Notes: generated by a model from the letters alone, not told the origin. A stretch of 50,215 nt of DNA from a virus (IMGVR_UViG_3300017734_000011:1-50215), one strand, 5' to 3'. Shown: positions 17,827 through 27,649, counted from the stretch's first letter. Made by a program: numbers and translations.

Positions 17827-18729
17827 ATGGCAATGAATAGAGCACAATTTGCAAAAATGCTTGAGCCTGGTTTGAATACCTTGTTCGGCTTAGAATATGA
17901 TAGTTACCCACCAGAGTATGCTGCAGTATTTGAAAGCAACACATCTCAAAAAGCTTTTGAAGAAGATGTATTGTTGACAGGTTTTGGAGCGGCTCCAACT
18001 AAAGACGAAGGTGCAAGCGTAAGTTACGATAGTGCATCACAACAGTGGACTGCTAGATATCAGCATGAAACTATTGCTTTAGCTTTCTCAGTTACTGAAG
18101 AAGCTGAGGAAGATGGTCTTTATGGGTCAATCGCATCTCGTTATACAAAAGCATTAGCTAGGTCTATGGCTTCTACTAAAGAAATCAAAGCAGCAAATGT
18201 TTTAAATAACGCTACAACAACAAATGGTGGCGATGGCGTTTCATTATTGAGCACATCACACCCAACCCAAAATGGCAACCAAAGTAACACTTTAGCTACT
18301 GCGGCTGATTTATCAGAGACTTCTTTAGAGAGCATCTTGATAAACATTGCAGATATGAAGGATGACAGAGGATTAAGAATTGCTGCACAAGGCACAATGC
18401 TTATTATCCCAACTGCCTATACTTTCGTAGCTGAAAGATTACTAGAGAGCCAGTTAAGAACAGGAACTGCTGATAACGATCTCAACGCTATCAAGTCTGG
18501 TGGATACTTACCACAAGGCTATCATGTGATGAGAAGATTAACAGACAGTGATGCATTTTTCGTTAAGACTGATGTTCCTGATGGACTTAAGATGTTCCAA
18601 AGAAGCCCAATGAAAAAGGGCATGGAAGGCGACTTTGAGACTGGAAACATTCGTTATAAAGTGAGAGAAAGATATTCTTTTGGTTTCACTGACTGGCGTG
18701 GTGTTTTTGGTACAGAAGGTGCAGCATAA
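17827..18729 (+). CDS. major capsid protein
   Basis: 300 aa; LEPGLNTLFGLEY, GDGVSLLSTSHP, DFETGNIRYKVRERYSFG..DWRG; followed by a terminator. Confidence 0.9.
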   Translation: MAMNRAQFAKMLEPGLNTLFGLEYDSYPPEYAAVFESNTSQKAFEEDVLLTGFGAAPTKDEGASVSYDSASQQWTARYQHETIALAFSVTEEAEEDGLYGSIASRYTKALARSMASTKEIKAANVLNNATTTNGGDGVSLLSTSHPTQNGNQSNTLATAADLSETSLESILINIADMKDDRGLRIAAQGTMLIIPTAYTFVAERLLESQLRTGTADNDLNAIKSGGYLPQGYHVMRRLTDSDAFFVKTDVPDGLKMFQRSPMKKGMEGDFETGNIRYKVRERYSFGFTDWRGVFGTEGAA

Positions 18730-18742
18730 GAACCTCGCACTT

Positions 18743-18769
18743 GGAGAGGGGCTAGTCTCCTCTCCTTTT
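18743..18769 (+). terminator. intrinsic terminator after MCP
   Basis: GGAGAGG/CCTCTCC stem followed by TTTT. Confidence 0.75.
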
Positions 18770-18777
18770 ACTATTAA

Positions 18778-18815
18778 CCTTGACTGCGAAAGCAGACACT
18801 AGCCAAGACAAGGAG
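18778..18815 (+). ncRNA. candidate structured leader RNA
   Basis: CCTTG/CAAGG outer stem enclosing a CTGC-GAAA-GCAG hairpin; 3' arm overlaps the AAGGAG SD. Confidence 0.4.
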
Positions 18816-18822
18816 AATATAC

Positions 18823-19275
18823 ATGGCTAATACAACATTTACAGGTCCAGTTATATCTAACAATGGATTTCAAGTTGCTCCAGTAGAACTTGCTGATGGT
18901 GACATTACTATTACTAAATTAACACATGGTGGAAGAATTAACTTTGTTCCAGATGGTGGTCAAGACAACACATACACACTTCCAGCACCAGAAGCTGGGG
19001 TATCTTACAGATTTGTGTATGGTGGAGCTGCTGCCGATGCAACAGACGCTATATTCATAACACCTGGCAATGCAAACTTTTATATTGGTGGTGTAACTTT
19101 CTTAGATACTGACAATGAAATTAGTGCAGTATTTGCAGATGGAAACTCTAACAGTAGCTTACAAATAAATGTGCCAGCAGGATTTGATGTAACATTTATA
19201 GGTGTTGATAGCACAAATTATAGAGTTATGGGTTCTGTTACTTCTGCGACTGCCCCAGCGTTTGCTGACCAATAA
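18823..19275 (+). CDS. virion structural protein
   Basis: MANTTFTGPV, YTLPAP motifs; follows MCP. Confidence 0.75.
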   Translation: MANTTFTGPVISNNGFQVAPVELADGDITITKLTHGGRINFVPDGGQDNTYTLPAPEAGVSYRFVYGGAAADATDAIFITPGNANFYIGGVTFLDTDNEISAVFADGNSNSSLQINVPAGFDVTFIGVDSTNYRVMGSVTSATAPAFADQ

Positions 19276-19288
19276 TTAGGGGGTATAA

Positions 19289-19702
19289 ATGGCTGATATA
19301 ACAACCACTACTACTATTGAACAGAATACTAAAGAAGCTATTATTTCTTTTCAATATCAGTATGTAGATACTGGAAACGAATCAGCAGTCCTTAAAATAG
19401 ACGTCTCATCCCTAACACCAAACGCCAATGGCGAAGCGTGTACTGGGGTGAGAATTTTAGAGTGCTGGTGGGTGCTACATGGTTTAACGGTAGAAGTCTT
19501 AGCAGACGCCTCTACTGATATTATCATGTTGCATCTTGCAGAAGACCAACAAGGATATCAAAACTTTGAAAAATTTGGTGGGTTACCTTCTACAAAGTCT
19601 TTTGGCACAAGCCCAACTGGTGATATAAAATTTACTACGACTGGTGCTGGTGCTGTGGGTGATTCCTACCAAGTAGTCTTAAGGGTAGCTAAAAAGTATT
19701 AA
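19289..19702 (+). CDS. virion structural protein
   Basis: ESAVLKIDVSSL, FGGLP, TGDIKFTT motifs. Confidence 0.75.
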   Translation: MADITTTTTIEQNTKEAIISFQYQYVDTGNESAVLKIDVSSLTPNANGEACTGVRILECWWVLHGLTVEVLADASTDIIMLHLAEDQQGYQNFEKFGGLPSTKSFGTSPTGDIKFTTTGAGAVGDSYQVVLRVAKKY

Positions 19703-19713
19703 GGAGAATAAAT

Positions 19714-19782
19714 ATGGCTCAAGTATCTTCAATTAGTAGGGTTGGAACTACTGAGCCATTTTATCTTCATCATGGAGCTTAA
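19714..19782 (+). pseudogene. 22-codon remnant of a structural gene
   Basis: AAGGAG SD; MAQVSSISRVGTTEPFYLHHGA resembles the N-terminus of a much longer phage protein (from recall). Confidence 0.5.
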
Positions 19783-19784
19783 GT

Positions 19785-20459
19785 ATGGCAACAAGTGGTA
19801 CAGTTGCATTTAGACCAGATGTAGAAGAAATAATCACTGAGGCTTTTGAGCGTTGTGGTATTGACGTACAAACAAGAACTGGTGATCAAGCTATATCTGC
19901 AAGAAGAAGCATTAACTTATTGTTTTCTGAGTTCGCTAATAGAGGCATAAACTATTGGACTTTATCACAAAACACGTTGCCATTAGTTAATGGTACTACG
20001 AGTTATACACTTCCAGTGGGAACTATAGATATATTAGACGCAGTTATAAGAGATAGCTCAAGTAACACAGATCAAATTATTAATAGAATTACAATACAAG
20101 ATTATAATCAATTGCCAAACAAAGATACTGCAGGAAAACCAAGTCAGTATATGATAGATAGGCAATATACGCCAGTAGTTTATTTTTGGTCAGTACCTAA
20201 TACATCTACATATTCCTTAGTTTATTGGGCTATGAACCAATTAGAGGATGTTACTTTATCTAATCAAGATGCAGATGTTCCATATAGATGGAGTGACACT
20301 ATATGTGCTGGGTTAGCATCTAAACTAGCTATGAAATACGCACCAGAGAAATTTCAGTTATTAAACGAGATGTATGAAAGGTCTTTTAACTTTGCGGCAT
20401 CTAGTGATAATGATGGCGTAAGCTTGAGGGTTCAGCCAACTGCGTTGAATATGACATAA
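19785..20459 (+). CDS. head-tail adaptor-like protein
   Basis: MATSGT..., EAFERCG, ANRGINYWT, GKPSQY, GLASKLAMK motifs. Confidence 0.7.
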   Translation: MATSGTVAFRPDVEEIITEAFERCGIDVQTRTGDQAISARRSINLLFSEFANRGINYWTLSQNTLPLVNGTTSYTLPVGTIDILDAVIRDSSSNTDQIINRITIQDYNQLPNKDTAGKPSQYMIDRQYTPVVYFWSVPNTSTYSLVYWAMNQLEDVTLSNQDADVPYRWSDTICAGLASKLAMKYAPEKFQLLNEMYERSFNFAASSDNDGVSLRVQPTALNMT

Positions 20460-21481
20460 TGGCGAAATTAGCTAGTGGCAAAAAATCTGTAGCGATAAGC
20501 GATAGAAGTGGTTTTAAGATTAAATATACTGATCTTAAGACAACTTGGGATGGCTTGCGTGTTGAGCCTAGCGAATGGGAACCGAAACATCCACAATTAA
20601 CGCCAGCCAAAAATGTTGTAGATGCTACTGCTTTATTCCAACCACGACCAGACAATGATTCTGAAAATGTATCTATATTTTATGGTTATAGTACGCAAGA
20701 TATATTTGCTTCAAGAGTAGAACGCTCACAAAAAGGTGTAGGTATTGTGGGGGTTGGTTCTGTAGGCTTCTTGGATACAATTAGGGCTGACATGAAAGTA
20801 GATGCCACTGGTGTTGCTGGTACTATGGCTATTGGTGACTTCGTTATTTCAGATAATGAAGATGTCGTTGTTACTGGCGTATCAGCCACTGGAGCAATTG
20901 GAACAGAAATAATTGATATTGGGGCAGAGCCTACAAGTGCAATTGGCACTGGTGCTATAGGCGAAGAAACTTTTGATACACAAACTGGAACATTAACTGG
21001 GGTTGTAGGAACTTCTGCAATTGGAACATACACATTCTTTATAACTACTGATGCTCCAACAACTGGCGTCAATGGCACTGGAGCTATTGGCTCAGAGACA
21101 TTAGAATCAGAGATTAGTGAGACTGGAGTGTCAGCAACTGGAGCTATAGGCGATGAAAGTTTACAAACTGAAGCTAATCCTTCTGGCGAAGCTGGAACAG
21201 GGGCTATAGGTGCAGAAGTTCCAGAGACAGAGTTAAGTGTAACAGGAGTTAATGGTACTGGGGCTACTGAAGCGTTTGGTGTAAGTGGCAATGGCAACAT
21301 ATTACTACAAGTCACTGGCGTAAGTGGTGTAGGTGCAACTGGTGCAGTAGGTGAAGAGATTGGTGTAGCAGAAGCTATTGAAACAGGTCTTTCTGGAACT
21401 GGAGCAATAGGAACATCAAGTGTACAAATAAATATTGGATTTGGTGAGGGCACATGGAGTTCAGGAACATGGGGAAATTAA
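20459..21481 (+). CDS. virion protein: conserved N-terminal module plus TGVxATGAIG repeats
   Basis: AISDRSGF...WEPKHPQ...PRPD followed by about 11 repeats of ~19 aa. Confidence 0.75.
   Translation: MAKLASGKKSVAISDRSGFKIKYTDLKTTWDGLRVEPSEWEPKHPQLTPAKNVVDATALFQPRPDNDSENVSIFYGYSTQDIFASRVERSQKGVGIVGVGSVGFLDTIRADMKVDATGVAGTMAIGDFVISDNEDVVVTGVSATGAIGTEIIDIGAEPTSAIGTGAIGEETFDTQTGTLTGVVGTSAIGTYTFFITTDAPTTGVNGTGAIGSETLESEISETGVSATGAIGDESLQTEANPSGEAGTGAIGAEVPETELSVTGVNGTGATEAFGVSGNGNILLQVTGVSGVGATGAVGEEIGVAEAIETGLSGTGAIGTSSVQINIGFGEGTWSSGTWGN
20800..21420 (+). repeat. degenerate ~57-bp coding tandem repeat
   Basis: Recurrent actgg(a/t/g)gc(a/t)at(t/a)gg encoding TGAIG at ~19-codon spacing. Confidence 0.75.
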
Positions 21482-22108
21482 ATGAACTATACTAACTTAG
21501 TAGCAGACATACAAAATTTTATGGAAGATGATAGTACAGAGTTTCAAAACTCTATACCAGACATTATAACACAAGCAGAGGCTATGATATTTGCTAGATT
21601 GCCTAGTTTGCCTTGTTATAGACAAAAGCAGAGTGGTAACCTTGTGATTGGCACTGCTGAATATGCAGTAGCTAACGCTAGAATGATAAGGCAAGTGTCA
21701 GTAACCAAAGCAGATAGTGATGTAATATACTTAAAACACAGATTAGATTCATATTTAAGAGATTATGTGCCTAACGCCACCACACAAGGCACACCATTTA
21801 TGTATGCGACAAAAGACGCTGACACAAATGGAATTACAATATTACTGGGCCCAGTACCTTCAGCAACACTTGCTTATGAGGTAGACTTCGTGGGTCTAGA
21901 ACCAGGATTGTCAACTGTCGTAGCAAATAATTGGATAGGTGACAATGCAGAGCAAGTATTATTGTCAGCTTGCCTATATGAAAGTTCTTCTTTTCTAAAG
22001 GCACCCGATAGTGTAAACTTGTATAAGGCTCAGTTTGATGAAGCAATAGCTTTGTTTCAACAAGAGATGCAACGTAATTACAGAGCAGAATACGAAGGAG
22101 GTATTTAA
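21482..22108 (+). CDS. tail adaptor/tubular protein
   Basis: MNYTNLVADIQNF, GTPFMYA, LGPVP, LLSACLYE motifs. Confidence 0.7.
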   Translation: MNYTNLVADIQNFMEDDSTEFQNSIPDIITQAEAMIFARLPSLPCYRQKQSGNLVIGTAEYAVANARMIRQVSVTKADSDVIYLKHRLDSYLRDYVPNATTQGTPFMYATKDADTNGITILLGPVPSATLAYEVDFVGLEPGLSTVVANNWIGDNAEQVLLSACLYESSSFLKAPDSVNLYKAQFDEAIALFQQEMQRNYRAEYEGGI

Positions 22109-22111
22109 AAG

Positions 22112-22534
22112 ATGGCAATTACACAAGCAATGGCAACTTCTTTCAAGTCAGAAATATTGCAGGAAGGTCACAACCTAGCAAATGGTGGAGATACTATTAA
22201 GATAGCTCTTTATACAAGCTCTGCTACATTAGGTGCTTCTACAACTGCATATAGCACAACTAACGAGGTGACTGGCACTGGTTATACTGCAGGTGGTGAA
22301 ACTTTAACAAACCAAGCAGTTGCTATAACTGGAACAACAGCACACTTTGATGCTGATGACCCAACATGGACTGGTGCAAGTTTTACAGCACGAGGTGCAC
22401 TAATTTACAATAGTACTAATAGCAACAAAGCTATAGCAATATTAGACTTTGGTGGTAATTTTACTGTATCAAGTGGTACGTTTAGAATTGTATTTCCAGC
22501 AGCAGGAGCAGCAGCGATTATAAGGATAGACTAA
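22112..22534 (+). CDS. virion structural protein
   Basis: MAITQAMATSFK, KIALYT, GYTAGG, ARGALIYN, LDFGG motifs. Confidence 0.75.
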   Translation: MAITQAMATSFKSEILQEGHNLANGGDTIKIALYTSSATLGASTTAYSTTNEVTGTGYTAGGETLTNQAVAITGTTAHFDADDPTWTGASFTARGALIYNSTNSNKAIAILDFGGNFTVSSGTFRIVFPAAGAAAIIRID

Positions 22535-22535
22535 A

Positions 22536-24146
22536 ATGGCAAGCACATATGTTAATGATCTCAGGCTTAATGAATTAGGCACTGGCGATGCTAGTGGTAC
22601 TTGGGGAACTATAACTAACCTTAACTTAGAATTGATAGGTGAGGGATTAAGTTATGGTACTCAAGATTGTTTTACCTCAAATGCAAACGCTACAACCACT
22701 GTAGCAGATGGAGCAAGTGATCCAGCAAGAGCGATGTACTTCAAGGTAACATCTTCTGCCACATTAACTGCAACAAGAACATTAACTATAGCTCCAAATA
22801 CTGTATCAAGACTGCAATTTATAGAAAACGCCACAACTGGTGGTCAGTCTATAAACATATCTCAAGGCAGTGGGGCAAATGTAACAATTCCTACTGGAGC
22901 AACTAAGGCAGTTTACATGGATGGTGCAGGCAGTGGAGCAGCAGTCACAGACGCCTTTGCTGACTTAAATGTTGGAACTATAGATGCCACAACATTACAA
23001 ATAGGTGGCACATCCATTACTGCAACTGCAACAGAGCTAAACTACAATGATATTTCTACATTAGGTCAAGTACAAGCATCAAAGACAGTGACTGCTGATA
23101 GTAGTGGATTTGTTAACTTTGGTGATAATCAAAAAATACGTTTAGGTACAGGTAATGATTTAGAGATTTATCACAATGGCAGTAACAGTTATATAGACGA
23201 TACTGGTACTGGTAATTTATATATTAGAGCATCTGATTCTGTTAGATTACAGAGTTCAACTGGAGAACAAGGTGTTTTAGTTACTTCAAATGGAGCAGTA
23301 ACACTTTATTATGACAACGCCTCTAAACTCGCCACCAAATCAGATGGTGTAGACATCACAGGAGAACTACAGTCAGATAGTCTAGATGTAGATGGCAATG
23401 CAGATATTAGTGGTCAGCTAACTATGGGTGGCAATGTCAATCTGCAAGATAGCGACTACTTACAATTAGGTGCAAGCCAAGACCTACAGATTTATCATGA
23501 TGGTTCTAACTCATTCATAGATGAGAGAGGTACTGGTGATTTATACATAAGAGCAAGTGATGATTTAATTTTAGGAAAATACACTGGCGAAAGTATGATT
23601 GTTTGTAATGTTGATGCAAGTGTAGACCTTTATTATGATAATGCTGTAAAACTTAGCACAGCAACAGATGGTGTATATGTAACTGGAAGAATTCAATCAT
23701 CGACTGGTGTATTTCAAGGTGCTAATACTCTAGATAAAATAGTAATTGGTTCTGATGACATTGATTTTTACATCAACAACAGTAACGAATTTCGTATGCA
23801 ATCAGATGGTGACTTCCATGCAGATGGCGACATAATTGCTTTCTCAACAACTATATCAGACGAAAGACTGAAGACAGACATTGAGAAGATAGAAAATGCT
23901 ACAGACAAAGTAAGTCAGCTAAATGGTTACACATTCACATACAAAGCTGATGGCAAGAAATCAGCAGGTGTTATTGCACAAGAAGTAGAGAAGGTTCTAC
24001 CAAGTGCAGTAAGTGAAAAAGAGTTGCCATTAAAAATGGATGATGGCGTAGCATATAAGACTGTTCAATACGACCAAATCATAGGTCTGCTAATTGAATC
24101 AATCAAAGAACTCAAGCAAGAAATAAATGAATTAAGAGGTAATTAA
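22536..24146 (+). CDS. tail fibre with C-terminal intramolecular chaperone (peptidase S74)
   Basis: Two LxIYHxGSNSxID modules; SDERLKTDI, GVIAQEVEKVLP, LLIESIKEL. Confidence 0.9.
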   Translation: MASTYVNDLRLNELGTGDASGTWGTITNLNLELIGEGLSYGTQDCFTSNANATTTVADGASDPARAMYFKVTSSATLTATRTLTIAPNTVSRLQFIENATTGGQSINISQGSGANVTIPTGATKAVYMDGAGSGAAVTDAFADLNVGTIDATTLQIGGTSITATATELNYNDISTLGQVQASKTVTADSSGFVNFGDNQKIRLGTGNDLEIYHNGSNSYIDDTGTGNLYIRASDSVRLQSSTGEQGVLVTSNGAVTLYYDNASKLATKSDGVDITGELQSDSLDVDGNADISGQLTMGGNVNLQDSDYLQLGASQDLQIYHDGSNSFIDERGTGDLYIRASDDLILGKYTGESMIVCNVDASVDLYYDNAVKLSTATDGVYVTGRIQSSTGVFQGANTLDKIVIGSDDIDFYINNSNEFRMQSDGDFHADGDIIAFSTTISDERLKTDIEKIENATDKVSQLNGYTFTYKADGKKSAGVIAQEVEKVLPSAVSEKELPLKMDDGVAYKTVQYDQIIGLLIESIKELKQEINELRGN

Positions 24147-25436
24147 ATGGCAATTACTCCTTCTGGACAAGTAAAGTTTTCAGATTTAAGAACTGAGTTT
24201 ATAGGGGGGTCAGGTCAAGTACCACTAGGCAGTTTATATAGAGGTGGTTCTAATATTAGAGCTAAAAGTCCTGACAACAATGCTACTAATGATGCCGCAG
24301 ATGTGCCTACAAGTGGTGAATTGCAATTAAGCGATTATTATGGAACTGCTAAAAGTTTTACATTTACATACTCTTCTAATGCAACAGATCAAAACCTATC
24401 TAGTTTATTTGGGTCTACAGATTATGGAGTAGATTATCCAAAAAATGTTGTAATACCTTCTTCAGTTACTTTAGGCACAAATAACACTTCTGAATATGCT
24501 CTTGAGGCAAATAGTGGTGGTGCTGGAACAATTACTATTACAAATAATGGAAGTATTATCGGTGCTGGAGGAGGAGGTGGCTCTGGTGGAAGTGCGAATA
24601 GTGGAACTGGTGGTAATGGTTCTTCTGGAGGAGATGCTTTTAAGGCATCAGTGGCAGTAACTTTAGTTAATAATGGAAGTATGTTAGCTGGAGGTGGAGG
24701 TGGCTCTGGTGGAGGTGGTGGAGGTGTTGGTGGAGATTTAAGTCAGCAACAACAGACAACAGTTACACAAGGTCCGTTCCTTGGCGGTCCAGGTAATAAT
24801 TTCTATGCGTGGGCAACAGCACAGTCGTTTGGAAGCTATTCTGTTCCTTATGGATTCCCATCTCAGCTTGGCACTCAAACGTCTGGAAGATCAAGAGCAC
24901 AATTTGGTCCCGCTACTGGTGCTCCTAGTCTTCCTGAAGGTCCGCTGAATCGAACTTCATTTACTCAAGGTCAGTATACTTATAATAGGGGATCACAATC
25001 AGGAGGTAGGCAAAATGTAAATAAAGAGCAAGGTGAAAATCAATTTCAAATAGGCTACAGAACTACATATAGGGTTTTTAGAACCTTTCCACAATCACAA
25101 CAAACACAAGCATCAGGAGGTTCTGGAGGTGCTGGAGGTGCTGGAGGATTAGGCAGAGGCTTTAATAACCAACCAGGAGGAGATCCAGGGTCTGGAGGAA
25201 GTGGAGGGTCGCCAAGTACTGCAGGAGATGGTGGAACTGGTGGTACTGGAGGAGCAGGTGGTGGATATGGTCAAGCTGGAAGTGCTGGGGCTACTGGAGC
25301 AACGGGAACACCATCAACAACATCAGGAACTGCAGGAGGTTCTGGTGGTTCTGGGGGTTCTAGAGGAAATTACATTGAAGGTTTTTCAAACGTAACTTTT
25401 ACAAATAATGGTACAGTCGCAGGAGGCACAGAATAA
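24147..25436 (+). CDS. Gly-rich tail fibre adhesin (T2/S16 gp38-like)
   Basis: NNGSIIGAGG and NNGSMLAGGGGG polyglycine motifs; ends NNGTVAG; directly follows the S74 fibre. Confidence 0.7.
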   Translation: MAITPSGQVKFSDLRTEFIGGSGQVPLGSLYRGGSNIRAKSPDNNATNDAADVPTSGELQLSDYYGTAKSFTFTYSSNATDQNLSSLFGSTDYGVDYPKNVVIPSSVTLGTNNTSEYALEANSGGAGTITITNNGSIIGAGGGGGSGGSANSGTGGNGSSGGDAFKASVAVTLVNNGSMLAGGGGGSGGGGGGVGGDLSQQQQTTVTQGPFLGGPGNNFYAWATAQSFGSYSVPYGFPSQLGTQTSGRSRAQFGPATGAPSLPEGPLNRTSFTQGQYTYNRGSQSGGRQNVNKEQGENQFQIGYRTTYRVFRTFPQSQQTQASGGSGGAGGAGGLGRGFNNQPGGDPGSGGSGGSPSTAGDGGTGGTGGAGGGYGQAGSAGATGATGTPSTTSGTAGGSGGSGGSRGNYIEGFSNVTFTNNGTVAGGTE

Positions 25437-25816
25437 TGGCAACATATGTTTGGACAATAAACACTTTACATACTAAAGATATTACAAAAAATGGAACTAC
25501 ATATAATGATGCAATACTTAGGGTAGAAGCAACTTTAACTGGAACAAGTGAAACTATTAACAGTATAACTTCTGAAGCAGGTTTTGATTTAGATATAAAT
25601 GTAGATAATATAGACAATAGCTTTACTGTATATGGTTCTGTTACAAAAGCAAATGTAATAAGCTGGATTGAAGGTAGGGTTGGGTCTACCCAATTAGCTG
25701 AGATTAAAACTGAAATTGAAAACAACATAGACTTTAAAGAAAAAATTGATGGATCAATTGCTAAAGGTTCAACTGATTCAGATGGTAATTTTACTGCATC
25801 TTTTCCCTGGTCATAA
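25436..25816 (+). CDS. tail-fibre-associated small protein
   Basis: MATYVWTI...VISWIE...FPW pattern. Confidence 0.65.
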   Translation: MATYVWTINTLHTKDITKNGTTYNDAILRVEATLTGTSETINSITSEAGFDLDINVDNIDNSFTVYGSVTKANVISWIEGRVGSTQLAEIKTEIENNIDFKEKIDGSIAKGSTDSDGNFTASFPWS

Positions 25817-25819
25817 CAT

Positions 25820-25848
25820 TTGACATACATTTTTGTTTCTTATAGATT
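25820..25848 (+). promoter_or_regulatory. putative sigma70 promoter for the oxygenase cassette
   Basis: TTGACA-17 nt-TAGATT in the intergenic gap. Confidence 0.55.
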
Positions 25849-25869
25849 TATCTATAGGGTAGCAAGAAT

Positions 25870-26409
25870 ATGATAAACCAAAAACTTAAACTTTTAGAAA
25901 AAGACCATGCTAAGTGTTTTTCAGAGCACATGGCGTATATTGAAAAATTAATTAATCCCTCCACAGAACCCAGGTTTACTGGAACAAAAAGCGTTTATTC
26001 TGATCCAGTTTTTGAAAATTTGTTACACTTTATTAAACCAAAAGTAGAAGAAGCGTATGGTAAAGAACTAATTCCAACGTATTCTTTTTGGAGAACTTAC
26101 TATAAAACACAAGATTGTCCTCCACATACAGACAGACAATCATGTGAGGTAAGTGTCACTTTATGTATAGACGCATCACATAAAGAAGATATGTGGGCAA
26201 TAAATGTAGACGATAATGTTTTTAAATTAAATACTGGAGAAGGTGTAATTTACAAAGGATGTGAACAAGAGCACTGGAGACATGAATTACAATATGATTG
26301 GCACAGACAAGTTTTTTTACATTACATAGAAAAAGATGGTCAGTTTTATCCAGAGTTTAAATATGATGGTAGACCAAGTTTATATGAAAATATGTCGGTA
26401 TCAACATGA
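25870..26409 (+). CDS. 2OG-Fe(II) oxygenase-like protein
   Basis: PTYSFWRTY, HTDRQSCEVSVT, YKGCEQEHWR, QVFLHY. Confidence 0.85.
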   Translation: MINQKLKLLEKDHAKCFSEHMAYIEKLINPSTEPRFTGTKSVYSDPVFENLLHFIKPKVEEAYGKELIPTYSFWRTYYKTQDCPPHTDRQSCEVSVTLCIDASHKEDMWAINVDDNVFKLNTGEGVIYKGCEQEHWRHELQYDWHRQVFLHYIEKDGQFYPEFKYDGRPSLYENMSVST

Positions 26410-27083
26410 ATTATCCAAGTTTACAAGTAAATAATTTTTTTGAAAAACCTAGTTACATTAAAGAGTTTGCTGAATCACTAGCATACGAAAAACCACCTGG
26501 GAATTATCCAGGACTAAGGGCAGAAGCAAAAGATGAGCAGAGCCAAGATATTATACAAAAAATTAATTGGAGAATCTTAAGACTTTTATACCCCGACTAT
26601 AATCAATTCAAAAACTTGACATATGAAACGACTTCTTCTTTTCAAAAAATAAGGTATGAAGATGCAGAGGCTCATATTTTAAATAAAGAACATCCAGGAA
26701 AAGGGTGGGTACATGGAGATCATGAGTCAAAGTTTACTGCTATAATATATCTTTCAGAAAACAACTTTTGTGGCACTGCTTTGTATTCCCAAAAAAGTGG
26801 ATTTAATCATGCTACATGTGATCCCACTGCAAAAATTGAATATTATAATAAAAGTCCTAATTTAAATATGGATGATTATTATAAAGAATTAAATAATCAT
26901 TTAAATCAGTTCAAATTAGATTGTTTATTTAATTCTTCTTACAACAAGTTAATAGGCTTTGATGGCTCAAACCTACATGGAGCAATGTTAAACTTAAAGC
27001 CAAATGAAGAAAGACTTACGTTTATTAGTTTTTTTAACATAAATGCTCCATACTATCCAATACCAGAAATGAGAAGAACATGA
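26406..27083 (+). CDS. 2OG-Fe(II) oxygenase-like protein
   Basis: YPGLR, GWVHGD, IIYL, GTALY, LHGA, RLTFISF. Confidence 0.8.
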   Translation: MNYPSLQVNNFFEKPSYIKEFAESLAYEKPPGNYPGLRAEAKDEQSQDIIQKINWRILRLLYPDYNQFKNLTYETTSSFQKIRYEDAEAHILNKEHPGKGWVHGDHESKFTAIIYLSENNFCGTALYSQKSGFNHATCDPTAKIEYYNKSPNLNMDDYYKELNNHLNQFKLDCLFNSSYNKLIGFDGSNLHGAMLNLKPNEERLTFISFFNINAPYYPIPEMRRT

Positions 27084-27643
27084 AGAGAAATATTATCGTA
27101 GCTAAAAACGCTATTTCTTCAGATTTATGCAATAAAATAATACAAGTAGCACAATCAGGATTTGCATCAGCGTTAACTGATGGAGGCAGAAACCAACCCA
27201 CCATAAGAAAAAGTGAAACAAGTTTTCTTTGTGGAAGTATAAAATATTTAGATATATACACCCCCATACTTCAGTTAATTAGTAAAGTTAATAATGAGTT
27301 TTATAATTTTGATTTATTAGAACCAGAAAATTTTCAAATAACAAAGTATGATGAAAAAAATCAAGGTTTTTATAAACCACATGAAGATGGTATTTACGAT
27401 AATGTACCATCAAATGAACTAGTAAGAAAACTTTCTGTTTCTATTCAACTAACAGCACCAGAATATTATGAAGGTGGAACGTTTGAGTTCCCAGATGATA
27501 AAGAAAAATTTGTAGTTGAAGACTCTTTAAGCCAAGGAACAGCTATATTTTTCCCTTCTTACATGAAGCATGGGGTTGTTCCAGTAACTAAAGGAACAAG
27601 GTATAGTTTAGTATGTTGGGTTCGTGGTCATAATTTTAGGTAG
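27080..27643 (+). CDS. prolyl 4-hydroxylase-like (PKHD-type) 2OG-Fe(II) oxygenase
   Basis: YKPHED, RKLSVSIQL, YEGG, FPSYMKHGVVPVTKGTRYSLVCW. Confidence 0.92.
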   Translation: MKRNIIVAKNAISSDLCNKIIQVAQSGFASALTDGGRNQPTIRKSETSFLCGSIKYLDIYTPILQLISKVNNEFYNFDLLEPENFQITKYDEKNQGFYKPHEDGIYDNVPSNELVRKLSVSIQLTAPEYYEGGTFEFPDDKEKFVVEDSLSQGTAIFFPSYMKHGVVPVTKGTRYSLVCWVRGHNFR

Positions 27644-27649
27644 AGTAAA

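Noticed and set aside
20686-21453. 255-aa - strand ORF
   Set aside because: Antisense shadow of the repetitive TGAIG gene; no SD and biased PIAPV composition.
23119-23686. Duplicated fibre module as a DGR template/variable repeat
   Set aside because: Differences are not adenine-specific, both copies are coding, and there is no reverse transcriptase.
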